A DNA stretch of 64,000 nucleotides from an uncultured bacterium (GTDB lineage Bacteria > Babelota > Babeliae > Babelales > Vermiphilaceae), in NCBI GenBank assembly GCA_963695335.1, contig OY968764.1, positions 1,184,001 through 1,248,000 on the forward strand. Direction: 5' to 3'. Below, piece after piece: positions 38,948-50,468 of the stretch. Positions within the stretch are counted from its first letter, which is position 1, and each line of letters starts with the position of its first letter. The position numbers were made by a program, and so were the translations under genes. Under the pieces are notes generated by a model. That model was not told where the DNA came from and made no database searches. It saw only the letters and a program-made list of their open reading frames with translations.

Positions 38948-39214
38948 TTATGATTTACTGCTCGTTACAACTGTGGCAAGGTACATATACTTTGTTTTTG
39001 CTAATGGACGACCTTGATAAAATCTAACAACGTCCCCAACTTTTGCTTGATTAGTTTCATCATGCACTTTATAAGATTTTGTTTTTCTTAAAATCTTACG
39101 AAATTTAGGATGAATATATGTTTGCTCTATTTCAACAACAATGGTTTTATCCATCTTGTCAGAAACAACCTTACCTTCAAAAAGCTGTTTTGTTTTTTCA
39201 GCTTTTATTTCCAT
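38948..39214 (-). CDS. rpsQ: 30S ribosomal protein S17
   Basis: GKVVSDKMDKT, VHDE. Confidence 0.95.
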   Translation of the reverse strand: MEIKAEKTKQLFEGKVVSDKMDKTIVVEIEQTYIHPKFRKILRKTKSYKVHDETNQAKVGDVVRFYQGRPLAKTKYMYLATVVTSSKS

Positions 39215-39226
39215 AAAAAACCTCTT

Positions 39227-39448
39227 TTACTGTTGACTACCCATAGCTGAAGCTTTTTTTGCTTGCATAGCAGTCAAAATACGCGCAGCCTGTTTACGTA
39301 GTTTTTTATATTGAGAAGAATCTTTAACTTGAGTTGATGCCGCATTGACACGTAACCCAAAAAGATCTTGTCGTGTACCTTCTAATCTCTTCTGTAAATC
39401 TTCAGCTGATAATTGCTGAAGTTTTTGCATAAAACCCATTTGTTTCAT
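39227..39448 (-). CDS. rpmC: 50S ribosomal protein L29
   Basis: LFGLR..ARILT; operon position. Confidence 0.85.
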   Translation of the reverse strand: MKQMGFMQKLQQLSAEDLQKRLEGTRQDLFGLRVNAASTQVKDSSQYKKLRKQAARILTAMQAKKASAMGSQQ

Positions 39449-39463
39449 AATCAACTCTAAAAA

Positions 39464-39922
39464 TTATTCTGCATTTGTTGATTGATTTTTATCTGCATGC
39501 TCATTAACTAACTCTTCACCTTTTTTAACTACACGAGTCTTCATAGGAAGCTTATATGCAGCAAGCTTCAATACTTTTCTCGCCAATGTTTCATCAACAC
39601 CAGCAACTTCACATACAACACGGCCGCGTTTTACCACCGCAACCCAAACTTCAGGGTTTCCTTTACCTTTACCCATTCGCGTTTCAGCTGGCTTTTTGGT
39701 AACCGGTTTATCAGGGAAGACACGTATATAAGAACTTCCAACTTTTCTTAAATGTCGTGATAACGTTACACGCATCGCTTCAATTTGTTGCGCTGAAACT
39801 CTGCTTGGTTCAACTGCTTCTAAACCATATTCCCCAAAATAAACGGTTCGAGCACCTTTTGATAGACCTTTTATTCTACCTTTTTGAACTTTTCTAAATT
39901 TTATTTTTTTTGGCATCAACAT
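39464..39922 (-). CDS. rplP: 50S ribosomal protein L16
   Basis: MLMPKK, RMGKGKG. Confidence 0.95.
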   Translation of the reverse strand: MLMPKKIKFRKVQKGRIKGLSKGARTVYFGEYGLEAVEPSRVSAQQIEAMRVTLSRHLRKVGSSYIRVFPDKPVTKKPAETRMGKGKGNPEVWVAVVKRGRVVCEVAGVDETLARKVLKLAAYKLPMKTRVVKKGEELVNEHADKNQSTNAE

Positions 39923-39947
39923 GATTAAATCTCGTATTTAAAAAACA

Positions 39948-40586
39948 TTATCTGATATGTTGATACTCGCCTTTGCAGACCCACACCTGAACACCAATCA
40001 TACCGTATGTTGTTTTTGCTTCTGCACGACCATAGTCGACGTCAGCTCTTAAAGTATGAAGAGGAACAGATCCAACACGAGTCCACTCTCTGCGAGCAAT
40101 TTCCGCGCCTTGTAGTCTGCCAGAACAACAAATTTTTATACCTTTAGCTGCACCACGCATAACCGTTTGGGCTGCACGTTTCATAGCTCGCTTATAACTC
40201 ACACGCTGTTCAAGCTGAGTAGCTATGTTTTGAGCTATTAAATTAGCATCAAGTTCTGGCTTAGCAACTTCTTGTACTGAAATTTCAATATTTTGTTTTT
40301 TCAATAAAGAAGAAAGCTGGTTACGAAGAGTTTCAATTTCTTGACCCTTCTTACCAATAATATGACCAGGACGACCTGATTGAATAATAATACGAATACT
40401 ATCGGCAGCTTTTTCTATTTCAATACGAGAAACTTCAGCTTTCTCCAAAGCAGACTTCAGGTATCTTCTAATAATCATATCTTCTATAAGAAGCTTACCG
40501 TACTTGTTACCTTGAGCAAACCAACGAGAATCCCAAAAACGATATATTCCTAAACGAAATCCTATAGGATGTACCTTTTGACCCAC
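39948..40586 (-). CDS. rpsC: 30S ribosomal protein S3
   Basis: MGQKVHPIGFRLG, PLHTLRADVD. Confidence 0.95.
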   Translation of the reverse strand: MGQKVHPIGFRLGIYRFWDSRWFAQGNKYGKLLIEDMIIRRYLKSALEKAEVSRIEIEKAADSIRIIIQSGRPGHIIGKKGQEIETLRNQLSSLLKKQNIEISVQEVAKPELDANLIAQNIATQLEQRVSYKRAMKRAAQTVMRGAAKGIKICCSGRLQGAEIARREWTRVGSVPLHTLRADVDYGRAEAKTTYGMIGVQVWVCKGEYQHIR

Positions 40587-40587
40587 C

Positions 40588-40935
40588 TTATTCCTTCTTC
40601 TTTGTACAAGCTTCTAAGATAACGCTTGCATGGCTAAATCGTTTACGATAAGGATTTGATCTGCCCATTGCACCTGGTTTATAGTACTTGTGCATAGGTC
40701 CATGATCAATACGTATATCAACAATTTTCAAATCAGACATCGTAATATTATGAAGATCTTTAGCGTTAGCAGCTGCAGACTCTATCATTTTTTTAATAGG
40801 TACTGATCGCTTTACTGTGACTGTAGAAAGCCACCTAACCGCTTGCTCCACATTTTTACCACGAACCACATCCGCAAATGGGCGTAATTTAAAGGGAGAA
40901 ATATTTAAAAATCTACTTTTTGCACTAAATTGCAT
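40588..40935 (-). CDS. rplV: 50S ribosomal protein L22
   Basis: SPFKLR, SAAANA. Confidence 0.95.
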   Translation of the reverse strand: MQFSAKSRFLNISPFKLRPFADVVRGKNVEQAVRWLSTVTVKRSVPIKKMIESAAANAKDLHNITMSDLKIVDIRIDHGPMHKYYKPGAMGRSNPYRKRFSHASVILEACTKKKE

Positions 40936-41032
40936 CAGGAAACCTCAACTAATTATTTAAGATTCGTTATATAATCAATTTGAATCTTAATATTTATTCT
41001 ACCGTAAAGATTGACAAGTGACAACCTTAAAC

Positions 41033-41314
41033 TTATGCCGTCATACCTGCTTTACGCTGACCACTATGAAGCCTAAAGGTTCTTGTCGGAGAAAACTCTC
41101 CCAAACGATGACCAACCATATTTTCAGTTACAAAAACTGAAATGAACTTTTTTCCGTTGTGCACAGCAAAAGTCAGCCCCACAAACTCAGGTGTAATTAA
41201 ACTTCTGCGAGACCATGTTTTAATAGCTTCGCGCTTTCCACCTTCTTTAGCTTTAGCAACTTTCAGAGCCAACGAATCTTGTACGTATGGGCCCTTTTTT
41301 GAAGAACGTGCCAT
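41033..41314 (-). CDS. rpsS: 30S ribosomal protein S19
   Basis: [18 protein letters not shown]. Confidence 0.95.
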   Translation of the reverse strand: MARSSKKGPYVQDSLALKVAKAKEGGKREAIKTWSRRSLITPEFVGLTFAVHNGKKFISVFVTENMVGHRLGEFSPTRTFRLHSGQRKAGMTA

Positions 41315-41331
41315 ATCTTACCCCGTTAACC

Positions 41332-42159
41332 TTATGGTTTTCTTCGTTTTATAATTAACTGATTTACTCTACGTACTTTACGCGTACGTGTACCTTTGCA
41401 GCCTTTACCCCACGGAGATCTTGGATGTGAACCAGATTTAGATCTACCTTCACCACCACCATGTGGATGGTCAACTGGGTTCATAGCCATACCACGAACA
41501 GAAGGTCTAAACCCTAAGTGTCTGATACGACCTGCTTTACCCCATGAGATATTCTTAAAGTCTGCATTGCCAAGTTGTCCAATGGTTGCCCAACAGTTTT
41601 CGAGTACCATACGGATTTCTCCGGAAGGCATTTTCAATGTTACAAAACCATCAGTTTTACCAACGATCTGAGCAGAAGTACCTGCACTACGCGCAAATGT
41701 TCCACCAGCTCCTGGACGAACTTCAATATTATGAATCATAAAGCCATCTGGAATATTCTTAAGAGGTAATGCGTTACCAACTTTAGCATCAGCATTTTCG
41801 CTGGCCATAATTGCATCGCCCACATTAAGATTTTCCGGCTTGAGCAAATATTTCTTTGAACCATTAACATACGATACAAGCATAATACGAACATTACGAT
41901 TTGGATCATATTCAATAGTAGTAACTTTACCCACAACATCACGATCAGTCCGTTTAAAATCAATTATGCGATACCTTTTATCAGCACCGCCACCACGATG
42001 ACGTGTTGTAATTCTTCCATAGCTGTTACGACCACCGGATCTTCTTTGTAATCCAGTAACCAAACTTGCATGTGGCTTTGTTGTTGTAATATCATTTGAA
42101 GTTACAAACGACTGAAAGCGTAATGAAGAATTTCGTGGTTTTCGTTTTATTATGGCCAT
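41332..42159 (-). CDS. rplB: 50S ribosomal protein L2
   Basis: EYDPNR, MNPVDHPHGGGEG. Confidence 0.95.
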   Translation of the reverse strand: MAIIKRKPRNSSLRFQSFVTSNDITTTKPHASLVTGLQRRSGGRNSYGRITTRHRGGGADKRYRIIDFKRTDRDVVGKVTTIEYDPNRNVRIMLVSYVNGSKKYLLKPENLNVGDAIMASENADAKVGNALPLKNIPDGFMIHNIEVRPGAGGTFARSAGTSAQIVGKTDGFVTLKMPSGEIRMVLENCWATIGQLGNADFKNISWGKAGRIRHLGFRPSVRGMAMNPVDHPHGGGEGRSKSGSHPRSPWGKGCKGTRTRKVRRVNQLIIKRRKP

Positions 42160-42208
42160 TGGAGCCTCGTGTCTTTCTCATTAAAAACTAAAAAAAACGT
42201 ATTATGTT

Positions 42209-42535
42209 TTATTCTACGTCTCTTGGGTTAACAGATTTACCTTGCCCAAAAATATCAATAGAATAACCCTCTTTAAGAGTCACATAAACACGTTTTGTAG
42301 TTGATCCTTCTATAACCGTACGACGCACTCTACGAGACTTGCCTACACGATTGAGAGTATTAACTTTTTCTACTTTAACATTGAACAAGCGCTGCAATGC
42401 TTCTTTAATTTGCATTTTATTCGCTTGTGGATGTACTTTTAGTACCAATTTTTTTAATTTCTGGTTAAGCAATGTTGCTTTCTCAGAAACAACTGGTCCC
42501 TTAATAATTTCATGTACATTTAAATTTAGAGCCAT
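42209..42535 (-). CDS. rplW: 50S ribosomal protein L23
   Basis: PVVSEKA, ANKMQIK. Confidence 0.9.
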   Translation of the reverse strand: MALNLNVHEIIKGPVVSEKATLLNQKLKKLVLKVHPQANKMQIKEALQRLFNVKVEKVNTLNRVGKSRRVRRTVIEGSTTKRVYVTLKEGYSIDIFGQGKSVNPRDVE

Positions 42536-43176
42536 TGTGAAACCATCCCTTTGAATTGATCAAAATCTTTCTTCAAAAATAACCAGCAATCACTATTTGC
42601 TAGATCATATGCATTTACTTGATCAAATGATAAAGGTCGCACATTTGGAATGTTCGCAAATGATAAAGCCGAATGGAAATCATAAGGCGCAACAAATAAA
42701 ACTATTTTTTTGTTTGTAAGACCGGGTGTATTAACAAGCTCTTGAGCTTGTGCAGTTTTTGGTTGCTCACTAGAAAGTTCCCAATCAGCACAAATAACAT
42801 TCTTCTGATCAAGACTGTTTGCAAGCATAGTCAACAAAACTTTACGTTTCATTTGCTTAGGCATTTTTACCATTCTTACACGAGCTTGTGGACCAAAAAT
42901 AGCACCGCCACCTTTCCAAAGTGGTGAACGAGCAGAGCCAGCACGCGCACGCCCTGTTCCTTTTTGCTTCCAAGGCTTACGATTTGTGTAAGCAACATCT
43001 GAACGCCCCTTACATGCTACGGTTCCTTGGCGCCAATTTTGCGCTAAAACACGTATCCATGTTGAAAAGGTTGCCGGATCTGCCTTTACGAATGCTGTTG
43101 AATCAAAATCCAATTCTTGCGCAGCAACTGCATAAAGCTTATGTGTCGCAGAATTATTAACTGTTTGTTTATTCAT
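42526..43176 (-). CDS. rplD: 50S ribosomal protein L4
   Basis: [15 protein letters not shown]. Confidence 0.95.
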   Translation of the reverse strand: MNKQTVNNSATHKLYAVAAQELDFDSTAFVKADPATFSTWIRVLAQNWRQGTVACKGRSDVAYTNRKPWKQKGTGRARAGSARSPLWKGGGAIFGPQARVRMVKMPKQMKRKVLLTMLANSLDQKNVICADWELSSEQPKTAQAQELVNTPGLTNKKIVLFVAPYDFHSALSFANIPNVRPLSFDQVNAYDLANSDCWLFLKKDFDQFKGMVSQWL

Positions 43177-43183
43177 TATTCAC

Positions 43184-43801
43184 CTACGCTTTACGTACAA
43201 AGACCAATGATCCTGCTTTACCAGGGATTGATCCTTTTACTAATAACGTTTTGGTTTCTGCTTCCACCATAACTATCTCTAGGTTTCTCATCATTTGGTT
43301 GTCGCAACCCATGTGACCTGGGAGTCTTTTGCCTTTGATAACATGACCACTTTTCACCAATGAGCCAATAGAACCTGGGCGTTTACCCATTGTACAACCA
43401 TGACTAGCTCGAGGTCCTCTAAATCTGTGACGTTTTACAACACCAGCAAATGATTTACCTATTGTTTTACTGCGAACGTCAACTTTATCACCAAGTTGTA
43501 CAAGCTGTGAAAAATCAATTGCTTTACCAACTACGTATTCAGTTGCTGTATCTTTAAGAAGAATTTCTCGAACAAAACTATAATATTGATTTGGGTTTTT
43601 AATCCATTCTTTGTTATATTTTTCAGTTGCATAACGATCTTTTACTTTACCCACTTGAAGGGCACTGTAACCATCTCGTTCAACTGTTTTAACATTGGTG
43701 ACATACCAACCTGCAACGTCAATAGCGGTAACAGGTACCACTTTGTCATCTGCAAATATTTGCGTCATCCCAATTTTTCGACCCCATATTCCTGTTGTCA
43801 T
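43184..43801 (-). CDS. rplC: 50S ribosomal protein L3
   Basis: KIGMTQ, RPGSIG, PGHMG. Confidence 0.95.
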   Translation of the reverse strand: MTTGIWGRKIGMTQIFADDKVVPVTAIDVAGWYVTNVKTVERDGYSALQVGKVKDRYATEKYNKEWIKNPNQYYSFVREILLKDTATEYVVGKAIDFSQLVQLGDKVDVRSKTIGKSFAGVVKRHRFRGPRASHGCTMGKRPGSIGSLVKSGHVIKGKRLPGHMGCDNQMMRNLEIVMVEAETKTLLVKGSIPGKAGSLVFVRKA

Positions 43802-43809
43802 TTGATTCC

Positions 43810-44115
43810 TTACTTAATTTCCACGTCTACGCCAGAGGAAATATTGAGCTTCATAAGAGAATCCATAGTTTTATCTGACGGAGAGATAATATCAAGAATA
43901 CGCTTATGAGTTGTTAACTCAAATTGCTCACGTGACTTTTTGTCTATATGAGGAGATCGCAATACAGTAAAACATCGTCGTTTATTAGGAAGAGGAACAG
44001 GTCCCATTAATTGGGCACCTGTTCTTTTTGCAGTCAAAACAATCTGCTTGACAGCCTTATCTAATAAACGATGATCGAATGATTGTAACTTAAGTCTAAT
44101 ACATTGCTTTTTCAT
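43810..44115 (-). CDS. rpsJ: 30S ribosomal protein S10
   Basis: [19 protein letters not shown]. Confidence 0.95.
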   Translation of the reverse strand: MKKQCIRLKLQSFDHRLLDKAVKQIVLTAKRTGAQLMGPVPLPNKRRCFTVLRSPHIDKKSREQFELTTHKRILDIISPSDKTMDSLMKLNISSGVDVEIK

Positions 44116-44130
44116 CGATCACCTAACGTT

Positions 44131-45321
44131 TTAATCTAAAATTTCAGTTATAACACCGGATCCAACAGTTCTTCCACCTTCACGAATAGCAAAACGAAGA
44201 TCTTTGTTCATTGCTATTTTTGAAATCAATTCAACTGTAAGTTCAACAGTATCTCCTGGCATTACCATCTCACGCCCTTCTGGCAATGAAACAATACCAG
44301 TTACGTCTGTTGTTCTGAAGTAGAACTGTGGGCGGTATCCGCCAAAGAATGCACTGTGTCTTCCGCCTTCATCTTTTGATAGAATATATGCTTTGCAACG
44401 GAATTTTTTATGCGGCTTAATGCTACCTGGTTTTGCGATAACCATACCACGTTCAATATCTTCTTTTTTAGTACCACGAAGAAGCAAACCAACGTTATCG
44501 CCAGCTAAACCTTCATTCAATGATTTTCTAAACATTTCAACGCCGGTAACAGTAGTTTTAACTGTGTCATGAAGACCAACAAGTTCAACTTCTTCACCAA
44601 CTTTAACTTTTCCAGCTTCAATACGGCCAGTAGCTACAGTACCACGACCTGCAATTGAAAACACACCTTCAACTGGCATCATGAATGGTTTATCAATTTC
44701 ACGAGCAGGATCTGGAATGTAAGAATCAAGAGCATCAACAAGTCTTTGAATTGAAGGTTCACCAAGGTCATCTTGATCACCATTAAGAGCTTTAAGAGCT
44801 GATCCTTTAATCACAGGAATTTGGTCTCCAGGGAAATCGTACTTTTTAAGCAAGTCACGAATTTCTTCTTCAACCATTTCAACCATGTCTGCATCATCAA
44901 CCATGTCAACTTTGTTAAGAAAAACAACAAGAGCAGGTACGCCAACTTCACGTGCCAATATGATATGCTCACGAGTCTGTGGCATTGCACCATCAGCTGC
45001 TGAAACAACCAAAATCGCTCCATCCATCTGTGCTGCACCAGTGATCATGTTTTTTACATAATCAGCATGCCCAGGACAGTCAATATGCGCATAGTGGCGT
45101 TTGTCTGTTTCATATTCAACATGAGAAGTTGAAATAGTAATACCACGTTCTCTTTCTTCTGGTGCTTTATCAATTTGATCATATGCACGCGCTTCAGCAT
45201 AACCTTTTTTAGCCAAATAACTTGTAATTGCAGCGGTCAACGTTGTTTTACCATGATCAACGTGGCCGATGGTACCAACATTCACATGTGGTTTTTTTCG
45301 TTCAAATACGCCTTTTGCCAT
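44131..45321 (-). CDS. tuf: Elongation factor Tu
   Basis: [24 protein letters not shown]. Confidence 0.98.
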   Translation of the reverse strand: MAKGVFERKKPHVNVGTIGHVDHGKTTLTAAITSYLAKKGYAEARAYDQIDKAPEERERGITISTSHVEYETDKRHYAHIDCPGHADYVKNMITGAAQMDGAILVVSAADGAMPQTREHIILAREVGVPALVVFLNKVDMVDDADMVEMVEEEIRDLLKKYDFPGDQIPVIKGSALKALNGDQDDLGEPSIQRLVDALDSYIPDPAREIDKPFMMPVEGVFSIAGRGTVATGRIEAGKVKVGEEVELVGLHDTVKTTVTGVEMFRKSLNEGLAGDNVGLLLRGTKKEDIERGMVIAKPGSIKPHKKFRCKAYILSKDEGGRHSAFFGGYRPQFYFRTTDVTGIVSLPEGREMVMPGDTVELTVELISKIAMNKDLRFAIREGGRTVGSGVITEILD

Positions 45322-45353
45322 CGTTTATACTCCTACGATTAACACAAAAATTA

Positions 45354-47436
45354 TTACTTTTTATTTTTTGTAACTATTGCATCTTGTACGTTTTTAGGAA
45401 CCTCTCTATAACACAGAAATTCCATATCATAGCTTGCTCGTCCCTTAGTCATCGAACGAAGAGTTGTTGAATAACCAAACATCTCTCCAAGAGCCACTTC
45501 TGCCGAAATAATTTGCTGATTAAATTCTGTTTTGGAATCTAAGATACGTCCACGACGAGCATTAAGATCTCCAATAACATCACCGATGTTTTCATCTGGC
45601 GTATAAACGTTAACCATCATAATTGGTTCAAGCAATACAGGAGACGCTTTTTCCATAGCCGATCTAAATGCCATTGAAGCGGCAACTTTAAATGCTATTT
45701 CAGAAGAGTCAACATCATGGTATGAACCATCGTACAAAGTAACTTTAACATCAACAACAGGGTAGCTGCCTAAAATACCGGCATTCAATGTTTCACGAAT
45801 ACCTTTTTCAACAGCAGGGATAAACTCTCTCGGAATTGTTCCACCAACAACGGCGTTAACAAATTCAAATCCTTTACCACGCTCCATTGGTTCCATTTTT
45901 ATCCAAACGTGACCAAATTGACCGCGACCACCAGATTGGCGAACAAATTTACCTTCTGCATCAGCAAGCTTTTGAACAGTTTCTCTATAAGCAACTTGCA
46001 ACTTACCTTGAACAACTTCAACTTTGTGTTCTCGGCGTAAGCGATCAACAACGATCTCCAAATGCAACTCACCCATACCAGAAATTTCTGTTTGCCCTGT
46101 TTCTTCATTATAAGAAAATCTAAAAGATGGATCTTCTTGCATCATTTTACGTAATGCAACAATCATTTTCTCATAATCAGCCTTATTTTTAGGCTCAACA
46201 GATGTAGCAATTACCGGAGTCGGAATAGTAATAGATTCAAGGACGACAGGTGCTTTATCTATACACAACGTATCCCCAGTTTGCGCATCTTTAATACCTA
46301 CAATAGCGGCAATATCACCAGCTCTTACACTCGAGATTTCTTCGCGCTTATTTGCATGCATTTTCAACAATCTACTCACACGTTCTTTTTCACCAGTTCT
46401 TACACTGTGCACATAAGAACCTGATTTTAATTCACCCGAATAAATACGAACAAAGTTTAAAACCCCAACAAAAGGATCTGACATAATCTTAAATACAAGA
46501 CCATAAAATGGCCCGTTAGGATCTGATGGGATTGGAAACTTTTCACCAGTATCAGTATTAGTTCCTTCAATTGCTTGAACATCGAGTTGGCGAAGGAAGA
46601 TAATCTACCACGCCATCAAGTAACAACTGAACACCCTTGTTTTTAAATGCAGAACCACAAAAAACTGGCACAACTTTAAGCGCAGCAACACCTTTACGAA
46701 GGGCAGCTTTAATTTCAGGAACAGTAATTTCTTCTTCCATAAGATATTTTTCAGCTAAAGCTTCATCAAGATCACACGCAGCGATGACTATTTTTGCGCG
46801 CAAATCTTCCATTTGAGTATGGTACTCTTTTGGAACATCAACCCACTCAACAATTTCGCCATTTTCGCCCGAAAAAGTGGCCATTTTACGTGTTAGCAAA
46901 TCAATGATCGATTCAAAATCTTCTGACATACCAATTTGCATTTGCATTGCCACAACATTAGCACCAAGTTTCATTCTAATATTGTCAACAACACGCAAAT
47001 AGTCTGCCCCAATACGATCAAGTTTATTAACAAAAACAATGCGTGGGACCTTGTAGCGATTAGCTTGTTTCCACACTGTTTCAGATTGAGGCTGAACGCC
47101 TTCAACTCCAGAGAATACCGCAACTACACCATCAAGAACACGCATTGAACGTTCAACTTCAATGGTAAAATCAATATGTCCCGGCGTATCAATAATATTA
47201 ATTTGATGATCGCGCCAAAAACTTGTTGTTGCAGCAGCAGTGATAGTAATACCACGCTCTTGCTCCTGCTCCATCCAGTCCATAGTTGCTTCACCTTCAT
47301 GCACTTCACCAATCTTATGGGAAATGCCGGTGTAAAACAAAATACGCTCTGTTACCGTTGTTTTACCAGCGTCAATATGTGCCGCGATACCAATATTTCT
47401 GTATCGCTCTAATGGTAACTGTTGTTTCACTGACAT
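45354..47436 (-). CDS. fusA: Elongation factor G (single +1 indel near 46588)
   Basis: AHIDAGKTT and SGMGELHL in two frames; removing one base restores [12 protein letters not shown]. Confidence 0.9.
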
Positions 47437-47448
47437 AATAACCCTCTT

Positions 47449-47931
47449 TTACCATGCATAATGAGAGAATGCTCTATTTGCATCCGCCATACGTTGAACA
47501 TCAGTTCTTTTTTTAACCGCGCCACCTTTTTGCTCGGTTGCATCCAACAGTTCACGTCCAAGACGCAATCCCATTGTTTTATCAGAGCGAGTTTTAGCAG
47601 ATGAAACAAGCCAACGGAGAGCTAATGCTCTTCTACGTTTTTCACTTACTTCACGAGGGATTTGGTAGGTGCTACCACCAACACGACGAGAACGAACTTC
47701 GATAAAAGGAGCTACTTGCTCAAACGCACGGTGGAAAAGCTCTAACGCTTTTTTCTCATCACCATTAGTTTTTTTTGTAAGCAAATCCATAGCTTCGTAC
47801 ACTATTGTTCTTGCACAATTTTTTTTACCGCGTTCCATCACAACATTGATGAGTTTTTGAACTAACGCAGATCCAAATTTTGGATCAACGCCAATTTCTC
47901 TTATAAATTCGACTTGTCTACGCCTTGGCAT
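47449..47931 (-). CDS. rpsG: 30S ribosomal protein S7
   Basis: RRVGGSTYQIP, ANRAFSHY. Confidence 0.95.
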   Translation of the reverse strand: MPRRRQVEFIREIGVDPKFGSALVQKLINVVMERGKKNCARTIVYEAMDLLTKKTNGDEKKALELFHRAFEQVAPFIEVRSRRVGGSTYQIPREVSEKRRRALALRWLVSSAKTRSDKTMGLRLGRELLDATEQKGGAVKKRTDVQRMADANRAFSHYAW

Positions 47932-47942
47932 AATTCAATTCC

Positions 47943-48335
47943 TTACTTACTTTTTGGACGTTTAGCGCCATAAAGAGAACGACCTTGTCTTCTTTTGTCT
48001 ACGCCAGCACAATCCAATGCGCCTCTTACGATATGGTATTTAACACCAGGTAAATCCTTAACACGACCACCACGCACAAGAACAACAGAGTGCTCTTGTA
48101 AGTTATGACCTTCACCTGGTATATATGCAGTTACTTCTATACCTGTAGTTAACTTAACACGAGCAACTTTACGAAGAGCAGAGTTAGGCTTTTTGGGCGT
48201 CGTAGTAAAAACACGGGTACAAACCCCTTTAGCGAAAGGTCCTTTAAGAAACAACCCTCTTCTGAGAGCAGGACTTTTTGGTTTCGCTTTAATTTTATTT
48301 CTACCAAATCGACATAATTGATTAATCGTTGGCAT
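47943..48335 (-). CDS. rpsL: 30S ribosomal protein S12
   Basis: [19 protein letters not shown]. Confidence 0.98.
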   Translation of the reverse strand: MPTINQLCRFGRNKIKAKPKSPALRRGLFLKGPFAKGVCTRVFTTTPKKPNSALRKVARVKLTTGIEVTAYIPGEGHNLQEHSVVLVRGGRVKDLPGVKYHIVRGALDCAGVDKRRQGRSLYGAKRPKSK

Positions 48336-48630
48336 GCAGACAAATCCTTATATTATCACGTTATGAAAAATAGTTTATTATATAATCGCAACTTTTAATC
48401 CAATGTTACAGGTGGGCACTCAAGTTGACTAATTGCTATTTTACCCTCTTTGTGAATTTTTTCAAGAAAATAATTCACAACCTGTACCAGAAAAGCACCC
48501 TACATTCAACCTTTTTGTGAAAAAAGAGGTTCAAAAAGCGATGGACTTCTATTCTTAATAATGATAGCTTATTTTTACTCAATTGGCAAAAACAGTTTTA
48601 CGTTTTATCAGCTAGAAAAGGGCTATTTTT

Positions 48631-49773
48631 ATGATTTCAACATATATTTCACAATTATTACTCAACTTTCAGAATCTTTTTTCTATTCTGCTTGGAATTT
48701 TAGGAATAGGCTTTCTGATAGGGTTTCACGAGCTTGGACATTTTCTATTTGCTAAACTTTTTAAAGTTCGCGTACCTTCTTTTTCCCTTGGATTTGGTCC
48801 CCGATTATTGACTAAAAAAATAGGTGAAACTGAATTTTGTCTATCAGCGATCCCCTTTGGAGGTTATGTTGAACTAGCAGGAGCAGCAGAAGTGGGACAA
48901 GGAGAACAAAAAGAAGCATTTGCTAACGATGAAGGCTCTTTTGCAATTAAACCATTCTATCAAAAACTATGCGTGATGCTTGGCGGCATCCTTTTTAACT
49001 TTATTTTCGCCTATTTTGCAATGACCTTTCTTTTCATGACAGGAATCCCCAAAACCCCTCATATTTCACAACCAGTCATTGCAGTGGTTCATCAACAATC
49101 TGCAGCTGAAAATGGTGGGTTGCATGTCGGCGACCGCATTGTATCAATCAATGAACAACCAATTGGACGCAATGTCCAAGAGATTCAAAAAATCATTCAG
49201 CCGCTTGCTCTTAAACAAGCTACTATTGTTGTTGAACGCAATGGAGAACAGTTCAGCAAAACCGTTCTGGTTAGCAATCAAGAAACAGAAGCTGGCCCTG
49301 TTGGCGTATTAGGCATTGAATTTGACTATCTACCAACACCCGCTCACTCATTTAAAGATGCGTTAATGCTCAGCATTACCACTTGCAACCGATGGATAAA
49401 AGAAACAATCAATGGATTTTTACAATTAAAAAGAAATATCGGTCAAGTGGGAGGCCCAATCATGATCATTGCTATGACAGCCAAAAGCAGCGCTCACGGA
49501 TTTGCCCTTTATCTTCTTTTACTTGCCCTAATCAGCATAAACCTGGCAGTTTTAAATCTTATTCCACTTCCAATACTTGATGGTGGCCAAATACTATTTT
49601 ATTCCATAGAAGCGATCATTGGTCGCCCTATACCACACAAAATTCGTGAATACATCCACATTGCAACCGCTATCTTGTTTATGATCTTCTTTGTTTATCT
49701 GACTATCAATGATATCAGCAGATTAGCAAGCTCATATATTGATTCAATACTCAAACTATTACACATACGCTAA
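48631..49773 (+). CDS. rseP: RseP-like site-2 zinc metalloprotease with PDZ domain
   Basis: HELGH, PFGGYV, NLIPLPILDGG. Confidence 0.9.
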   Translation: MISTYISQLLLNFQNLFSILLGILGIGFLIGFHELGHFLFAKLFKVRVPSFSLGFGPRLLTKKIGETEFCLSAIPFGGYVELAGAAEVGQGEQKEAFANDEGSFAIKPFYQKLCVMLGGILFNFIFAYFAMTFLFMTGIPKTPHISQPVIAVVHQQSAAENGGLHVGDRIVSINEQPIGRNVQEIQKIIQPLALKQATIVVERNGEQFSKTVLVSNQETEAGPVGVLGIEFDYLPTPAHSFKDALMLSITTCNRWIKETINGFLQLKRNIGQVGGPIMIIAMTAKSSAHGFALYLLLLALISINLAVLNLIPLPILDGGQILFYSIEAIIGRPIPHKIREYIHIATAILFMIFFVYLTINDISRLASSYIDSILKLLHIR

Positions 49774-49852
49774 TTCTTCGACCCGCCGTCGCCAAGGCTT
49801 TGGTGGGCAGGCAGCGTTTACTGCTGAGCCTGACGAAGTATCAGAATGAACG
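49774..49852. repeat. Nested repeats: family A remnant containing family E and family F units
   Basis: TTCTTCGAC[CCGCCGTCGCCAAGGCTTTGGTGGG][GCAGCGTTTACTGCTGAGCCTGACGAAGTATC]AGAATGAACG; the F unit is the inverse of 16381-16412. Confidence 0.7.
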
Positions 49853-49853
49853 C

Positions 49854-49887
49854 AAAAAAAGCAGGATTTTAAGTCCTGCTTTTTTTT
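49854..49887. terminator. Bidirectional intrinsic terminator
   Basis: A7-GCAGGA-TTTTAAG-TCCTGC followed by a T run. Confidence 0.85.
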
Positions 49888-49905
49888 ATATCTAAACTTT
49901 ATAGC

Positions 49906-50364
49906 TTAACCACGTGGTTTTTGAATTTCTAATTCAATCACTTCTGGGCCTTGTGCAACATGGGGATGTTCTGATCCCGCGTACACTTTAAGCTTTTTGA
50001 TAATTTGTCTGCTTAACTTGTTTTTAGGAAGCATACGTCTAACTGCTAATTCAACCAATTGTGTTGGGTGCTTTGCATGTAAATCTTTAGCAGGGATTTC
50101 TTTTTTTCCACCCTGCCAACCAGATACTCTCACGTACTCTTTATCTTCCCATTTATCACCAGAAAGGATAATTTTATCTGCATTGGTAATGATCACATAA
50201 TCACCACAATCTGTATGTGGAGTAAAGTGAGGCTTATCTTTGCCGCGTAATCTATCTGCAACAAACGTAGCCAAGCGACCAAGAACCTTACCTTCTGCGT
50301 CAATATGACACCATCCAGCTACTACATCTTCTTTACGTGGATAAAACGTATTATTCATACTCAT
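49906..50364 (-). CDS. rplM: 50S ribosomal protein L13
   Basis: LGRLAT, LRGKDKP, AVRRMLPK, HPHVAQ. Confidence 0.95.
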   Translation of the reverse strand: MSMNNTFYPRKEDVVAGWCHIDAEGKVLGRLATFVADRLRGKDKPHFTPHTDCGDYVIITNADKIILSGDKWEDKEYVRVSGWQGGKKEIPAKDLHAKHPTQLVELAVRRMLPKNKLSRQIIKKLKVYAGSEHPHVAQGPEVIELEIQKPRG

Positions 50365-50428
50365 AGATCATCACCTTTTAAAACAATTTTATTGTAACTA
50401 ATTTTTAAAGAGTGGGGCTCTTTCTTCT

Positions 50429-50457
50429 AAGGTAGCTCATTATTACCAGTCGGTCAA
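50429..50457 (-). promoter_or_regulatory. Putative sigma70 promoter of rplM
   Basis: TTGACC-17 bp-TACCTT on the minus strand. Confidence 0.45.
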
Positions 50458-50468
50458 TAGAAAAACGG

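Noticed and set aside
46484..46600. Split fusA
   Set aside because: Removing one base restores [12 protein letters not shown]; probable sequencing error
48340..48620. Hairpins between rpsL and rseP as an ncRNA
   Set aside because: The stems are AT-rich, lie in a divergent promoter region and show no recognisable family motif
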